Positions 47,766 to 58,045 of a stretch of 64,000 nt of DNA are shown in pieces. A model generated the notes under the pieces. That model was not told the DNA's origin and searched no databases. It worked only from the letters and a program-made list of their open reading frames with translations. The position numbers were made by a program, and so were the translations under genes. The stretch is taken from positions 7,724 through 71,723 of the forward strand of contig DAOPOS010000008.1 of assembly GCA_035358035.1 (NCBI GenBank). Reading direction: 5' to 3'. Within the stretch, counting starts at the first letter, position 1, and every line of letters begins with the position of its first letter. The stretch is from Syntrophales bacterium. Lineage in GTDB: Bacteria > Desulfobacterota > Syntrophia > Syntrophales > UBA2251.

Positions 47766-49901
47766 ATGAGTAAGGACTTTCGTTGTGACTTTGCGGGCAG
47801 AGAGATCTGCCTGAAGACGGACTATGTGGCCGCACAGGCCGATGGCGCCGTGTTCGCGCAGTACGGGGATACCGTGGTGCTGGTGACGGCCGTATCCCTG
47901 AAGACGGCGCGGGAAGGGCTGGACTTCCTTCCCCTGACCGTGGATTACCAGGAAAAGACGTTCGCGGCCGGCAAGATTCCCGGCGGCTTCTTCAAGCGGG
48001 AAGGAAAACTGAACGAGCGGGAGATTCTCCTCTCCCGGATCATCGACCGTTCGATCCGCCCGCTCATCCAGAAAGGGTATTTCTTCGAGACCCAGATCGT
48101 CGCGACGGTGCTCTCGGTAGACGACGAGAACGACAGCGACGTTGTGGCCATGCTGGGGGCGTCGGCCGCCCTCACGCTGTCGAATATCCCCTTCCAGGGA
48201 CCCATCGCCGGCGTGCGTGTCGGTCGCCTGAACGGGGCCTTCGTCTGCAACCCCACCCATGCCAAGCAGTCCGAGAGCGATCTGGACCTCTTCCTGGTGG
48301 GCCGGAAGGTCCTGCCGGGGACGGAGGGGAGGCCCTACGACGTCAACCTCGTCATGCTTGAGGGGGAGGCCCGGGAGGTGGACGAGGATACCCTGGTCGA
48401 TGCGATCAACTTCGGCCTGGAGTCCCTGCGGCCCGTCATCGACCTTCAGGAGCAGATCCGTCAGGAGATCGGCCGGCCGAAACGCGTATTCGTGCCGCCG
48501 GCCATCGATCCGGACCTCGCCGCGCGCGTGGAAGCGGCGGCCCTGGCCGGCTTTACGGACGGCTATGCGACGGCCGGGAAGCTCGACCGCTACGCGAAGC
48601 TGGATGAGATCCGGGCGGCGGTGGTGAAGGAATTCACGGCCGAGGCGCCGGACCTGAAATCGCAGGTCCTGACCATCCTGGAGCATCTGGAGCGGAAGAT
48701 CCTGCGCGGGATGATTCTGCATGAGAAAAAGCGCAGTGATGGACGCTCCGCGACGGAAATCCGCCCGATCCATTGCGGCGTGGGGATCCTGCCCCGCGCG
48801 CACGGCTCCGGCCTCTTTACGCGGGGGGAGACGCAGGCCCTGGCCGCGCTGACGCTGGGGACGTCCTCCGACGAACAGCGCCTGGACTTCATCGGTGGCG
48901 AGGAGATGCGTTCGTTCATCCTTCACTACAACTTTCCGCCCTACAGCGTGGCGGAGGCGAAGAGCATCCGCGGCCCCGGACGGCGCGAGATCGGCCACGG
49001 CAACCTGGCCCGCCGGGCCCTCCTGCCTGTCCTGCCCGCGCCGGAGGTCTTTCCCTACACCGTCCGGATCGTCTCCGAGATCCTTGCCTCCAACGGGTCG
49101 TCGTCCATGGCGACGGTCTGTGCGGGGATCCTGTCGCTGATGGACGGCGGCGTGCCGGTCAAGGACGTCGTCGCGGGCATCGCGATGGGCCTCCTGAAGG
49201 AGGGGGACGAGGTGGTCATCCTGTCGGACATCCTCGGGGATGAAGACCACGCCGGAGACATGGACTTCAAGGTCTGCGGGACGAAGAAGGGCGTCACCGC
49301 GATGCAGATGGACATCAAGATCGACGGTCTGACGGGCGACATCCTGAGGGGCGCCCTGCGCCAGGCGCGGGACGGCCGCTGCTACATCATCGACCGGATC
49401 CGGGAGACGATGGCGGCGCCGCGCGCCGACATCTCCGTACACGCCCCCCGCATCACCACCGTCAAGGTCAAGCCGGAAAAGGTGCGGGACGTGATCGGAT
49501 CGGGCGGCAAGAACATCCGCCAGATCATCAGCGAGACCGGCGTGACGATCGATGTCGAGGATGACGGCACCGTCACGATCGCGTCCAGCGACGCGGACGC
49601 CGCCGCCCGGGCCATCGCCATGGTCAAGTGGCTGACGGAAGAGGCGGAGATCGGCAAGATCTATACCGGTACCGTGAAGAAGGTCGTCGATTTCGGGGCC
49701 TTCGTTGAAATCCTGCCGGGCACGGAAGGGCTCGTCCATATCTCCCATCTGGCGAAGGAGCGCGTCAACAAGGTGACCGACATCGTCCACGAGGGCGATG
49801 AGGTGATGGTCAAGGTCCTGGAGATCGACAAGCAGGGCAAGATCCGTCTGAGCAGAAAGGAAGCCCTGGATGCCCATGGTCCGGAACACCGTTCTCGATA
49901 A
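47766..49901 (+). CDS. pnp: Polyribonucleotide nucleotidyltransferase
   Basis: DFLPLTVDYQEK, IPGGFFKREG, FTRGETQ, GRREIGHG, SNGSSSMA, GDMDFKV, KH and S1 domains. Start 47760 or 47766. Confidence 0.97.
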   Translation: MSKDFRCDFAGREICLKTDYVAAQADGAVFAQYGDTVVLVTAVSLKTAREGLDFLPLTVDYQEKTFAAGKIPGGFFKREGKLNEREILLSRIIDRSIRPLIQKGYFFETQIVATVLSVDDENDSDVVAMLGASAALTLSNIPFQGPIAGVRVGRLNGAFVCNPTHAKQSESDLDLFLVGRKVLPGTEGRPYDVNLVMLEGEAREVDEDTLVDAINFGLESLRPVIDLQEQIRQEIGRPKRVFVPPAIDPDLAARVEAAALAGFTDGYATAGKLDRYAKLDEIRAAVVKEFTAEAPDLKSQVLTILEHLERKILRGMILHEKKRSDGRSATEIRPIHCGVGILPRAHGSGLFTRGETQALAALTLGTSSDEQRLDFIGGEEMRSFILHYNFPPYSVAEAKSIRGPGRREIGHGNLARRALLPVLPAPEVFPYTVRIVSEILASNGSSSMATVCAGILSLMDGGVPVKDVVAGIAMGLLKEGDEVVILSDILGDEDHAGDMDFKVCGTKKGVTAMQMDIKIDGLTGDILRGALRQARDGRCYIIDRIRETMAAPRADISVHAPRITTVKVKPEKVRDVIGSGGKNIRQIISETGVTIDVEDDGTVTIASSDADAAARAIAMVKWLTEEAEIGKIYTGTVKKVVDFGAFVEILPGTEGLVHISHLAKERVNKVTDIVHEGDEVMVKVLEIDKQGKIRLSRKEALDAHGPEHRSR

Positions 49902-51129
49902 CGGTCTGACCGTCGTTACCGAAGAAATCGACACGGTCCGGTCCATCTCCATCGGCGTTTGGGTGCGTTGCGGTTCCCGGTACGAATCGGCGGCCGACAA
50001 CGGCATGGCGCACTTCATCGAGCACATGCTCTTCAAGGGCACGGAGCGCCGCAGCGCCTTCGACATCGCCGCGGCCATCGATTCCGTGGGCGGGGTCATG
50101 AACGCCTTTACGGGCAAGGAGCTGACCTCGCTCTACATCAAGGTGCCCGATTACCATCTGCCCCTGGCGATGGATCTGCTGGCGGACATCCTGCGGCAGT
50201 CCCGGTTTGCCGCCGAGGAGATCGAGAAGGAAAAGGCCGTCGTCCGGCAGGAGATCCACATGCTGGAGGACTCCCCCGACGAGTACGTCCACGAGATCTT
50301 CGAGAAGGCCTTCTGGGGCGGGCATGCCCTGGGCCGGTCCATCCTTGGGACGAAGGAACAGGTCGCCGGCTTTACGCGGGAGGGGCTGAACGCGTTTTTC
50401 GACCGGATGTACCGGGGGCGCAACATGGTGCTGAGCGCCGCCGGTCACCTGGACCACGCGGCGTTTCTGAAGCAGGTAGAGACCGCGTTCGGCGCCCTGC
50501 CTGAGGGGCGGCGACAGGCGTTTTCGGATGCGCCGACGACCGAGGCCCGGCAGGTGGTGCAGGAGAAGGATCTCGAACAGGTCCACCTGGTCGTAGGGAC
50601 GGTGGCCCCTGCCGCCCGCAGTCCGGAGCGCTATGCCGGCTTTCTGCTCAACGCGGTTTTCGGGGGCAGCATGAGTTCCCGCCTGTTCCAGGAGGTGCGA
50701 GAGAAGCGGGGGCTCGCCTACGCCATCCAGTCGTACCTCGTGCCTTATCAGGATACGGGCATCCTCGGGGTGTACGCCGGCGCCGGCGCCGACCGGCTGG
50801 ACGAGGTGGCGACGCTGATCCGGGCGGAGATGAGCCGTCTCCGACGGACGCCGCTGACGGCGGATGAACTTCAGGCGGCCAAGGAGTTGATCAAGGGGAA
50901 TTTTCTCCTGAGCATGGAGAGCACGGATCACCGCATGACCCGGCTGGCGAAGAACGAGTTGTGTCTCGGCCGCCAGACGACCGCGGAGGATGTGCTGGCC
51001 GCCGTAGACGCCGTCACCAGCGAGGATGTCGTCCGCCTGGCTGGCGAGCTGTTCCGTTCGGAGACCCTGTCGGTGGCCGTCATGGGTCCTGTCCCTTCAA
51101 GGCAGGCCTTCGATTTTCGCATGACGTAG
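49870..51129 (+). CDS. Cytoplasmic M16 family zinc peptidase (pnp-linked)
   Basis: [35 protein letters not shown]; no signal peptide. Confidence 0.92.
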   Translation: MPMVRNTVLDNGLTVVTEEIDTVRSISIGVWVRCGSRYESAADNGMAHFIEHMLFKGTERRSAFDIAAAIDSVGGVMNAFTGKELTSLYIKVPDYHLPLAMDLLADILRQSRFAAEEIEKEKAVVRQEIHMLEDSPDEYVHEIFEKAFWGGHALGRSILGTKEQVAGFTREGLNAFFDRMYRGRNMVLSAAGHLDHAAFLKQVETAFGALPEGRRQAFSDAPTTEARQVVQEKDLEQVHLVVGTVAPAARSPERYAGFLLNAVFGGSMSSRLFQEVREKRGLAYAIQSYLVPYQDTGILGVYAGAGADRLDEVATLIRAEMSRLRRTPLTADELQAAKELIKGNFLLSMESTDHRMTRLAKNELCLGRQTTAEDVLAAVDAVTSEDVVRLAGELFRSETLSVAVMGPVPSRQAFDFRMT

Positions 51130-51139
51130 GAGGGGTGGC

Positions 51140-51610
51140 GTGAACGTCGACGCCCTTGGGGAGGAAGACATCGACATTCCCGTGCAGCGTCTGGCGGGGA
51201 CGGAAGACCTGCCCCTGCCCCGTTACATGACGGAACGGGCGGCCGGGATGGATGTCCATGCCGCCGTCGCGGAGGACACGGTGGTGCCGCCGGGCGGACG
51301 GCAACTGATCCCGACGGGGTTGAAGGTCGCGGTGCCGCCGGGCCATGAGGCCGAGATCCGTCCCCGGAGCGGCCTCGCCGTCCGGTACGGCGTGACCGTC
51401 CTGAACAGCCCCGGCACGATCGACGCGGACTACCGGGGGGAGATCGGCATTCTTCTGATCAACCACGGGACGGAGCCGTTCGTCGTAAAGCGGGGCGAAC
51501 GGATCGCCCAGATGGTGGTCCGCCGGGTCGGTCGGGTGCGATGGCGGGAGGCCCCGGCGCTGGACGAAACCGGACGCGGCGAGGGCGGATTCGGCCATAC
51601 CCGCCGCTGA
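51140..51610 (+). CDS. dut: dUTP diphosphatase
   Basis: [39 protein letters not shown]. Confidence 0.96.
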   Translation: MNVDALGEEDIDIPVQRLAGTEDLPLPRYMTERAAGMDVHAAVAEDTVVPPGGRQLIPTGLKVAVPPGHEAEIRPRSGLAVRYGVTVLNSPGTIDADYRGEIGILLINHGTEPFVVKRGERIAQMVVRRVGRVRWREAPALDETGRGEGGFGHTRR

Positions 51611-51636
51611 TGCGGCCGGACGGGCAGGGAAGCGCA

Positions 51637-52827
51637 ATGAAGAAGCTCAAGGTTCAGAAATCGTTCCGGGAGATCAACGAGCGAATCCGCCAGGGGAAGG
51701 CCGTGGTCGTCACGGCGGAGGAAATGATCGACATCGTCGAGCGGCACGGTTCCGTGGACGCGGCCCGGCGGATCGACGTGGTGACGACGGGGACCTTCAG
51801 CCCCATGTGTTCTTCCGGGGCCTTTCTCAATTTCGGCCATACGTCGCCGAAGATCCGGGCCTCGCGGATCTGGCTGAACGACGTTCCCGCCTACGGCGGG
51901 ATCGCCGCAGTGGACTGCTATTTAGGGGCCACGGAAGTGACGGAGGCCGATCCCCTGAACAGCGTCTATCCGGGCGAGTTCAACTACGGGGGCGGGCATG
52001 TCATCGAGGATCTCGTGGCGGGCAACCTCATCCGGCTGCGCGCGGAAGGCTATGGAACGGATTGTTACCCGGCCCGGCGCTTCGAGAAGACCATCACGAT
52101 TCACGATCTGCGCGACGCCATCCTGTTCAACCCGAGAAACGCCTACCAGAACTACAACTGCGCCGTCAACATGTCCGACAAGACCATCTACACCTACATG
52201 GGCATGCTGCGACCGAGGATGGGGAACGCCACCTACGCGACGTCGGGCCAGTTGAGCCCTCTGTTCAACGACCCCTACTATCAGACCATCGGCATCGGGA
52301 CACGAATCTTTCTCGGCGGTGCGCAGGGGTTTGTGGCCTGGCCCGGCACCCAGCACAACCCCCAGGCGCTGCGCGGGAAGAACGGCGTGCCCCGTGAGGG
52401 GGCGGGGACCATCGCGACCATCGGCAACCTGAAGGAGATGAAGCCTGAGTGGCTGTCCGGTGCCAGCATGCTGGGATACGGGGTTTCCCTGTACGTCGGG
52501 ATCGGTATTCCCATTCCGATTCTGGACGAGAGACTGGCCCGCTTCACCGCCGTCAAGGACGAGGATCTCTATGCGCAGGTCTACGATTACGGCATGGACT
52601 ACCCGAAAGGCGTAGCAAAGAGTCTGGGAGAGGTGAGCTACAAGGATCTGCGCAGCGGCGAGATCGTCCTGAACGGGAAGACCATTCCCACCGCGCCCCT
52701 CTCCAGTTATTACAAGGCACGGGAAATCGCCGCCCTGCTCAAGGAGTGGATCGAGAGGGGGGAGTTCCTGCTGGGTGAACCGCAGCAGCTCCTGCCGTCG
52801 ATCGGCGAGAAGGCCGACCCGTCCTGA
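51637..52827 (+). CDS. DUF39 homocysteine biosynthesis protein (aspartate-semialdehyde sulfurtransferase family)
   Basis: EINERIRQGKAVVVTAEE, DVVTTGTFSPMCSSG (conserved Cys), YGGGHVIEDLV, FNPRNAYQNY, LSPLFNDP, GTRIFLGG, GIGIPIP. Confidence 0.88.
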   Translation: MKKLKVQKSFREINERIRQGKAVVVTAEEMIDIVERHGSVDAARRIDVVTTGTFSPMCSSGAFLNFGHTSPKIRASRIWLNDVPAYGGIAAVDCYLGATEVTEADPLNSVYPGEFNYGGGHVIEDLVAGNLIRLRAEGYGTDCYPARRFEKTITIHDLRDAILFNPRNAYQNYNCAVNMSDKTIYTYMGMLRPRMGNATYATSGQLSPLFNDPYYQTIGIGTRIFLGGAQGFVAWPGTQHNPQALRGKNGVPREGAGTIATIGNLKEMKPEWLSGASMLGYGVSLYVGIGIPIPILDERLARFTAVKDEDLYAQVYDYGMDYPKGVAKSLGEVSYKDLRSGEIVLNGKTIPTAPLSSYYKAREIAALLKEWIERGEFLLGEPQQLLPSIGEKADPS

Positions 52828-52923
52828 GCGCGGGAGAATTTTTGTTGCGCCTCACCGCACGATAGGGTATGAGAAAAGTCATCGTTGCGGGAACTTCGGG
52901 ATCTCGGCACTCGGGGGGCATCC

Positions 52924-53190
52924 ATGAAGGTTGGGCGTTACCTGCTGTTGTTCGTCGTCTTCATGGCGTTGATCATTTCCTTCGGCAACCGGGGGCTGGT
53001 CGACAACTACAAGATGCGGGAGAAGCTGCAAACCCTCGAGAGAACGAACGAAAATATCAGCAATGCCAACGGGGAACTGAAGCGGACCATCATGCTGTTG
53101 CGCAGCGATCCGGCCACGATCGAACGGATCGCCAGGGATGAACTGGGGATGGTCAAGCCGGGAGATTTCGTCTACCGCTTCGGGAAATGA
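52924..53190 (+). CDS. ftsB: Septum formation initiator FtsB/DivIC family
   Basis: N-terminal TM helix, coiled coil, IERIARDELGMVKPGD. Confidence 0.85.
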   Translation: MKVGRYLLLFVVFMALIISFGNRGLVDNYKMREKLQTLERTNENISNANGELKRTIMLLRSDPATIERIARDELGMVKPGDFVYRFGK

Positions 53191-53210
53191 GATTGCTGCT
53201 AATTTTTTTC

Positions 53211-53239
53211 TTTACTTTTAGATATTTGCCTGTTAGAAT
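53211..53239 (+). promoter_or_regulatory. sigma70 promoter of pilMNOPQ
   Basis: TTTACT (53211-53216), 17 nt, extended -10 TGnTAGAAT (53231-53239), in an AT-rich tract. Confidence 0.65.
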
Positions 53240-53346
53240 TCCTACCCATCCAAAAGAACGCATGAAGGGTTTGAGCTTTTTGTGATACCGGGAATGATCG
53301 GGACAGTGTGAGTCATCGGCGGAGTCCGGCACTGCAGGGTGGATCC

Positions 53347-54426
53347 ATGGTGGATATCGTAGGGTTGTTTACCGGCGCCAAGAAGCTGGTCGGGCTCGAT
53401 GTCGGATCGAGCGCACTCAAGCTTGCCGAAGTCGTCCAGACGCCGAAAGGGTTCGTTCTCAACAACTTTCATCAAACGCCCCTCCCGCGGGGGGTGATCA
53501 CGGACGGCGCCGTCACCGCGCCGGACATTCTAACCCAGCACATCAAAGACCTCTACAAGAAAGCCGGCTGCAAACGCAAGGCCATCGTGACGTCCCTGTC
53601 CAGCCATGCCGCGATCGTGAAGAAGGTCAACCTCGCCCAGATGGAGGAAAACGAGCTTCGCGAACTGATTCACGACGAGGCCGGGAAGTATCTGCCTTTC
53701 GACAGCATGGACGACGTCCTGTTCGATTTTCAGATCCTGGGTGAAAACGAGTATAACCCGAATCAGATGGACGTGCTCATCGTGGCGGCCAAGAAGGACC
53801 TCGTCGAGGGATTCACCGGTGCCATCGAAAAGGCCGGGCTCCCCGTGGTGATCATGGACGTGGATTCCTTCGCCCTGGAACACATGTACGAGCAGAATTA
53901 CGACTTCGAGGAAACGGACGTCGCGGCCCTGATCAACATCGGGGCGAGTATCACCAACATCAACGTCGTCCTGAACGGCGGCTCCATCTTCACGCGGGAT
54001 TTCACCCTGGGCGGCAATGCCGTCACCGAGGCCCTTCAGGAAAAGCTCGGCGTCACCTTCGAAGAGGCGGAGAAGATCAAGCTCGAAGGCGTGCGCGGCG
54101 GCGAGATGGAAGAGCGGGAGTTCAACGACAGCCTGCTTCAGCTTGCCGACCCGATCTGTTCGGAGATCGAGCGGTCCCTCGATTACTTCCGCTCCACTTA
54201 CGGCGGCGGGGACATCCGCAAGGTTCTGCTGTGCGGAGGAAGCGCCAATATCCCCGGTATCGCACAGGAGCTTTCCCAGAGGCTTAACATCGAAACGGAG
54301 GTCGTCAATCCCTTTCAGAAGATCGGTTACAATAAAAAGGTGATCGACCCGGGGCAGATCCAGAGCATCGGCCCCGTGGCCGCGGTCGGAGTGGGACTGG
54401 CGCTCCGGAGGGTGGGTGAGAAATGA
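53347..54426 (+). CDS. pilM: Type IV pilus assembly protein PilM
   Basis: VGLDVGSSALK, EAGKYLPF, INIGASITN, EIERSLDYF, LCGGSA, VAAVGVGLALR. Confidence 0.93.
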   Translation: MVDIVGLFTGAKKLVGLDVGSSALKLAEVVQTPKGFVLNNFHQTPLPRGVITDGAVTAPDILTQHIKDLYKKAGCKRKAIVTSLSSHAAIVKKVNLAQMEENELRELIHDEAGKYLPFDSMDDVLFDFQILGENEYNPNQMDVLIVAAKKDLVEGFTGAIEKAGLPVVIMDVDSFALEHMYEQNYDFEETDVAALINIGASITNINVVLNGGSIFTRDFTLGGNAVTEALQEKLGVTFEEAEKIKLEGVRGGEMEEREFNDSLLQLADPICSEIERSLDYFRSTYGGGDIRKVLLCGGSANIPGIAQELSQRLNIETEVVNPFQKIGYNKKVIDPGQIQSIGPVAAVGVGLALRRVGEK

Positions 54427-54971
54427 TCAAGATCAATCTTCTTCCCTACCGGGAAAAAGCCGCGAAGGCCGGCATGGCGCGGCAGATCATCCTGACCGCC
54501 GGAATCTTGATCTTCCTCGTTCTGATCCTGGCCGGCACGCAGATCTATCTGTCCGCGAACAATGCGCGGATGGAAGGCGAGATCAAGGCCGCCGAAGAAA
54601 AACTCGTCGTCCTGGACAAGAAGGTCGGCGACGTGGAGAAGTTCAAGGAGAACAAGCGGGTCCTGGAGCGGAAGCTCTCCGTCATCAATGGCCTGGAGGA
54701 GAACCGCCTTGCGCCGGTCAAGATGCTGGATGAGCTCGTCCGCCTTGTGCCCACCCGCGATGTCTGGCTCGACAAGTTCACCCAGAAAGGCGCGGACCTC
54801 CAGATCGAGGGCGTGGCCCGCGACAATGCAGCCGTCTCGCGTCTCATGTGGAGTCTCGAACGCGCCAGCTTCATCAATGGCGTGGAGCTCGTCTCCACCA
54901 AGGAGAAGGAAGTCTCGAAAGTCAAGTTGCAGCAATTCATCCTGAACTGTCGTATGAAAAAGGGCGCCTGA
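54423..54971 (+). CDS. pilN: Type IV pilus assembly protein PilN
   Basis: Conserved INLLP N-terminus, TM helix, coiled coil, VWL...IEGVA. Confidence 0.92.
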   Translation: MIKINLLPYREKAAKAGMARQIILTAGILIFLVLILAGTQIYLSANNARMEGEIKAAEEKLVVLDKKVGDVEKFKENKRVLERKLSVINGLEENRLAPVKMLDELVRLVPTRDVWLDKFTQKGADLQIEGVARDNAAVSRLMWSLERASFINGVELVSTKEKEVSKVKLQQFILNCRMKKGA

Positions 54972-54973
54972 CC

Positions 54974-55693
54974 ATGCCGATCACCGTGGAAGACATCAAG
55001 AAGCTCCCCCCCAGGATCCAGGCCCTGATCCTTCTGGGCGTGGTGCTTCTCCTGGGCTACTTCTATTACTTCTTCTTCCTCCAGGCGACGCTGGAAAAGC
55101 GGGGACAGCTGCAGACCAAGCTCGCCGAACTGGAGCAGCAGGTGGCGGAGAAGGAGCGGGTCGCCGCCCAGCTTGGCAAGTACATGCGGGAGGTCGAGAC
55201 CCTGGAACAGCAGTTCAAACTGGCGCTGTCCAAGCTCCCCGACAAGAAGGAAATTCCCGGCCTGCTCAATTCCGTTGCCCTGGCCGGCAAGGGCGCGGGT
55301 GTCCGGTTTCTGCTTTTTGCGCCGAAGCCGCCCGCCAAGCCGGCCGAAAAGCCGGGGGTCAAGGACAATCTGAAGCCCTCCGACAAACGGGCGGAAGAGA
55401 AGGAAAAGGGCGACGGCGGTGCGGCCCCGTCGTCCAAGGCGGGAGGAGAGGCCTTCTATGACGAAATCCCCGTCGATGTTCAGATCGCGGGCGGTTACCA
55501 CAATATCGCCCTTTTCTTCGAGCGCGTGGCGATGCTTCCCCGGATCGTCAATATCGAAGACATCGTCATGGGGGATGCGACCGACGTCAAGGGACGGGGC
55601 CGCCTCCTGAAGACATCCTGCGTGATCAAGACATACATGTTTGTCGAGAGGCCTGATGCTGCAGTCAAAAAGACGGATCAAAAAGGCAAGTAA
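54974..55693 (+). CDS. pilO: Type IV pilus assembly protein PilO
   Basis: TM helix, LPDKKEIPGLL, FYDEIPV...GGYHNIALFF...LPRIVNI; carries a K/E/P-rich insertion. Confidence 0.92.
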   Translation: MPITVEDIKKLPPRIQALILLGVVLLLGYFYYFFFLQATLEKRGQLQTKLAELEQQVAEKERVAAQLGKYMREVETLEQQFKLALSKLPDKKEIPGLLNSVALAGKGAGVRFLLFAPKPPAKPAEKPGVKDNLKPSDKRAEEKEKGDGGAAPSSKAGGEAFYDEIPVDVQIAGGYHNIALFFERVAMLPRIVNIEDIVMGDATDVKGRGRLLKTSCVIKTYMFVERPDAAVKKTDQKGK

Positions 55694-56213
55694 TCCCGTC
55701 ACGGTGATCGGGATCGGCCTGATGTTCTGCGGGCTCTGTCTGGGCGCCGGCCCCGCTGCGGCCGCCGATCCGGTCAAGCCCCGACCGGCCGTTCCTGTCC
55801 CGGTCGTGACGCCCAAGGCCGTAAAGGCGCCGGCGGTTCATTACCGCTACAGTCCGGCCGGCAAGGCGGATCCGTTCCGTCCCTTCATCGAGCGGGATGA
55901 GATCGCCCGCAAGAAGGCGTTCAAGCCCAAGCCCGTTCCTTTATCGCCGCTCCAGCGTGCCGGAATCGAACAGTTCAGGCTCGTCGGGGTCGCGGGCAGC
56001 GTCGAACGGCGCATCGCGGTTGTCGAGGACGCCGCGGGCAAGTTCTATACCGTCAAGCCGGGGACCGTCATCGGTCAGAGCGGCGGCCGGGTCGCCGAGA
56101 TCCATGAAGACCGGGTCATCATCGAGCAGCGATCGGTGGATCAGAAAAAACAGACCAAAGTCAACCGCGTGGTCATCCAGCTTCGCAAAGACGAATACGA
56201 GGGAAGATTATGA
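55656..56213 (+). CDS. pilP: Type IV pilus assembly protein PilP
   Basis: GKADPFRPF, SPLQ...FRLVGV, VEDAAGKFYTVKPGTVIG; position between pilO and pilQ. Start uncertain. Confidence 0.85.
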   Translation: MLQSKRRIKKASNPVTVIGIGLMFCGLCLGAGPAAAADPVKPRPAVPVPVVTPKAVKAPAVHYRYSPAGKADPFRPFIERDEIARKKAFKPKPVPLSPLQRAGIEQFRLVGVAGSVERRIAVVEDAAGKFYTVKPGTVIGQSGGRVAEIHEDRVIIEQRSVDQKKQTKVNRVVIQLRKDEYEGRL

Positions 56214-57940
56214 AACCAAAAAGGCCATGGCTATGGACCGCCTTGCTGGCGGCGTCTCTGCTTTTGGCCGGGGCGGTGTCCGTCGCCCTTGCCCAGCCGG
56301 AGGTTTCCGTCGGCTACGTGGAGGAGATTACCGCCGGTCCGCTGCCGGGGAAGGAGCGCGTCACCGTGGTCCTGTCCCGGATCACGGCGCCGACGGTCGA
56401 GGCCGCGCCGGGCGGCGGTGTGCTGATCAAGGTGCCGGACATGTTCATCCCCGAGGGGTTGCGAAATCCGCTAGGCGAGGGCGCCCTGAGCAACATCCTT
56501 CGCATCGTTCCGGAGCAGCGGACGGAGGGGGGGCGTCAGTGGGCGTATGTCCGCGTCGATCTGAAACAGCCGGTTGCTTACGGCGTTCGTCAGGAAGGGC
56601 CCTCGGTCGTCGTGGACTTCAATGTCGCGGGTTTGAATCCGCCTTCCCCGGCGCCGGAACGGGCGTCCGCGCCTGCACCGGCAGCGGCCCCCGCCGTGTC
56701 GCCTGTCCCGCTTGCGAAGGAAGCACCGTTGGCCGCGGCCAAACCCGCCGCCCCGGATACGCTTCAGGGGAGCGATGATAAGGCGTATACCGGCAAGCGG
56801 ATCTCGCTCGACTTCCAGGACGCGAACATCAAAAGTGTCCTGAGGCTGCTGTCGGAAGTGAGCGGCATGAGCCTCGTATCCGGAGATGACGTGAAGGGGA
56901 ATGTCACGGTCCACATGAACAACGTTCCGTGGGACCAAGCCCTCGACGTCATCCTCGATATCAAGGGGCTCACGAAAAAACAGATGGGCGACGTGATCAG
57001 CATCATCACGCTCGAAAGGGCCAAGCAGGACGAGGCCAACCGCCAGGCGGCCCTGGAAAGTCAGAAGAAAGCGGAAGAGGCGAAACAAGCGGGAGAACAA
57101 AAGAAATTACAGGAAAAGGGAAAGATCCGCCAGGTCTTGATCGAGGCGAAGATCGTGGAGGCGGAGGAAGGATTCTCCCGGGATTTGGGAATCCAGTGGG
57201 GCGTTGGGAAAAAGAGCAGCTTCGGGTCGCACTACGATTATGCCGCCGTTGCCCAGGCGACCAATGCCACGATGTCGGACACCGTTGTCGGGCTGGCGGG
57301 TTCTACGGGAACGGCCCTGACGACGGGCAACCTCGCCGTCAACTTCCCCTTGGCTGCGGCCGCCCCCGCCCTGGGTTTCGTGATCAGCGGCAGCCACTGG
57401 ATCCTGGACGCCGAACTGATGGCCCAGGAACAGCAGAATCGGGTGCGGATCATTTCCACGCCCAAGGTCACCACGCTGGAAAAAGTCAAGGCCACCATCA
57501 AACAGGGTGAGGACGTTCCCTTTGTAACCCCGGCGACGACGTCCGATCCCGCGAGCGTGAGCTTCAAGGAAGCCGTCCTGAAGCTCGAGGTCGAACCGAC
57601 CATCACACCGGACGGGAAAATCTCGATGAAGATCAAGGCGACCAACGATTCGCCGAACTACGCCCGGGCCGCGCTCCTGCAAGGGAATCCCCCGATCAAC
57701 AAGAGCGAGGTCGAATCTACCGTTATCGTCAATGACGGGGACACGGCGGTGATCGGAGGCGTTGTCAAGACAACCGAATCGAACAGCGGTGACGGGGTCC
57801 CCTGGATCTCCAGGGTTCCCATCCTGGGATGGCTCTTCAAATATGAGAATAAAGAAACCAACAAACGTGAATTGCTGATTTTCGTGACCCCGAGGATCGT
57901 CAAGGACGATACCCTCACCGCGGCGGTGAAGCCGATGTGA
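56210..57940 (+). CDS. pilQ: Type IV pilus secretin PilQ
   Basis: Signal peptide, AMIN-like region, N0 (RISLDFQDANI...VPWDQAL), secretin core QVLIEAKIVE, PKVTTL, VIGG, VPWISRVPILGWLFK, ELLIFVTPRIV. Confidence 0.93.
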   Translation: MKPKRPWLWTALLAASLLLAGAVSVALAQPEVSVGYVEEITAGPLPGKERVTVVLSRITAPTVEAAPGGGVLIKVPDMFIPEGLRNPLGEGALSNILRIVPEQRTEGGRQWAYVRVDLKQPVAYGVRQEGPSVVVDFNVAGLNPPSPAPERASAPAPAAAPAVSPVPLAKEAPLAAAKPAAPDTLQGSDDKAYTGKRISLDFQDANIKSVLRLLSEVSGMSLVSGDDVKGNVTVHMNNVPWDQALDVILDIKGLTKKQMGDVISIITLERAKQDEANRQAALESQKKAEEAKQAGEQKKLQEKGKIRQVLIEAKIVEAEEGFSRDLGIQWGVGKKSSFGSHYDYAAVAQATNATMSDTVVGLAGSTGTALTTGNLAVNFPLAAAAPALGFVISGSHWILDAELMAQEQQNRVRIISTPKVTTLEKVKATIKQGEDVPFVTPATTSDPASVSFKEAVLKLEVEPTITPDGKISMKIKATNDSPNYARAALLQGNPPINKSEVESTVIVNDGDTAVIGGVVKTTESNSGDGVPWISRVPILGWLFKYENKETNKRELLIFVTPRIVKDDTLTAAVKPM

Positions 57941-58004
57941 GCGATGTGACGCACCGGAGTCATCGATGACGGGGCGTGATGCCGTCATTCGCAAGCCCGC
58001 GAGG

Positions 58005-58038
58005 GAGACCGCCTTCAACAAGGCGGTCTCTTTTTTTT
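58005..58038 (+). terminator. Intrinsic terminator after pilQ
   Basis: GAGACCGCCTT-CAAC-AAGGCGGTCTC perfect 11-bp stem followed by T8. Confidence 0.9.
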
Positions 58039-58045
58039 AGGGGAG

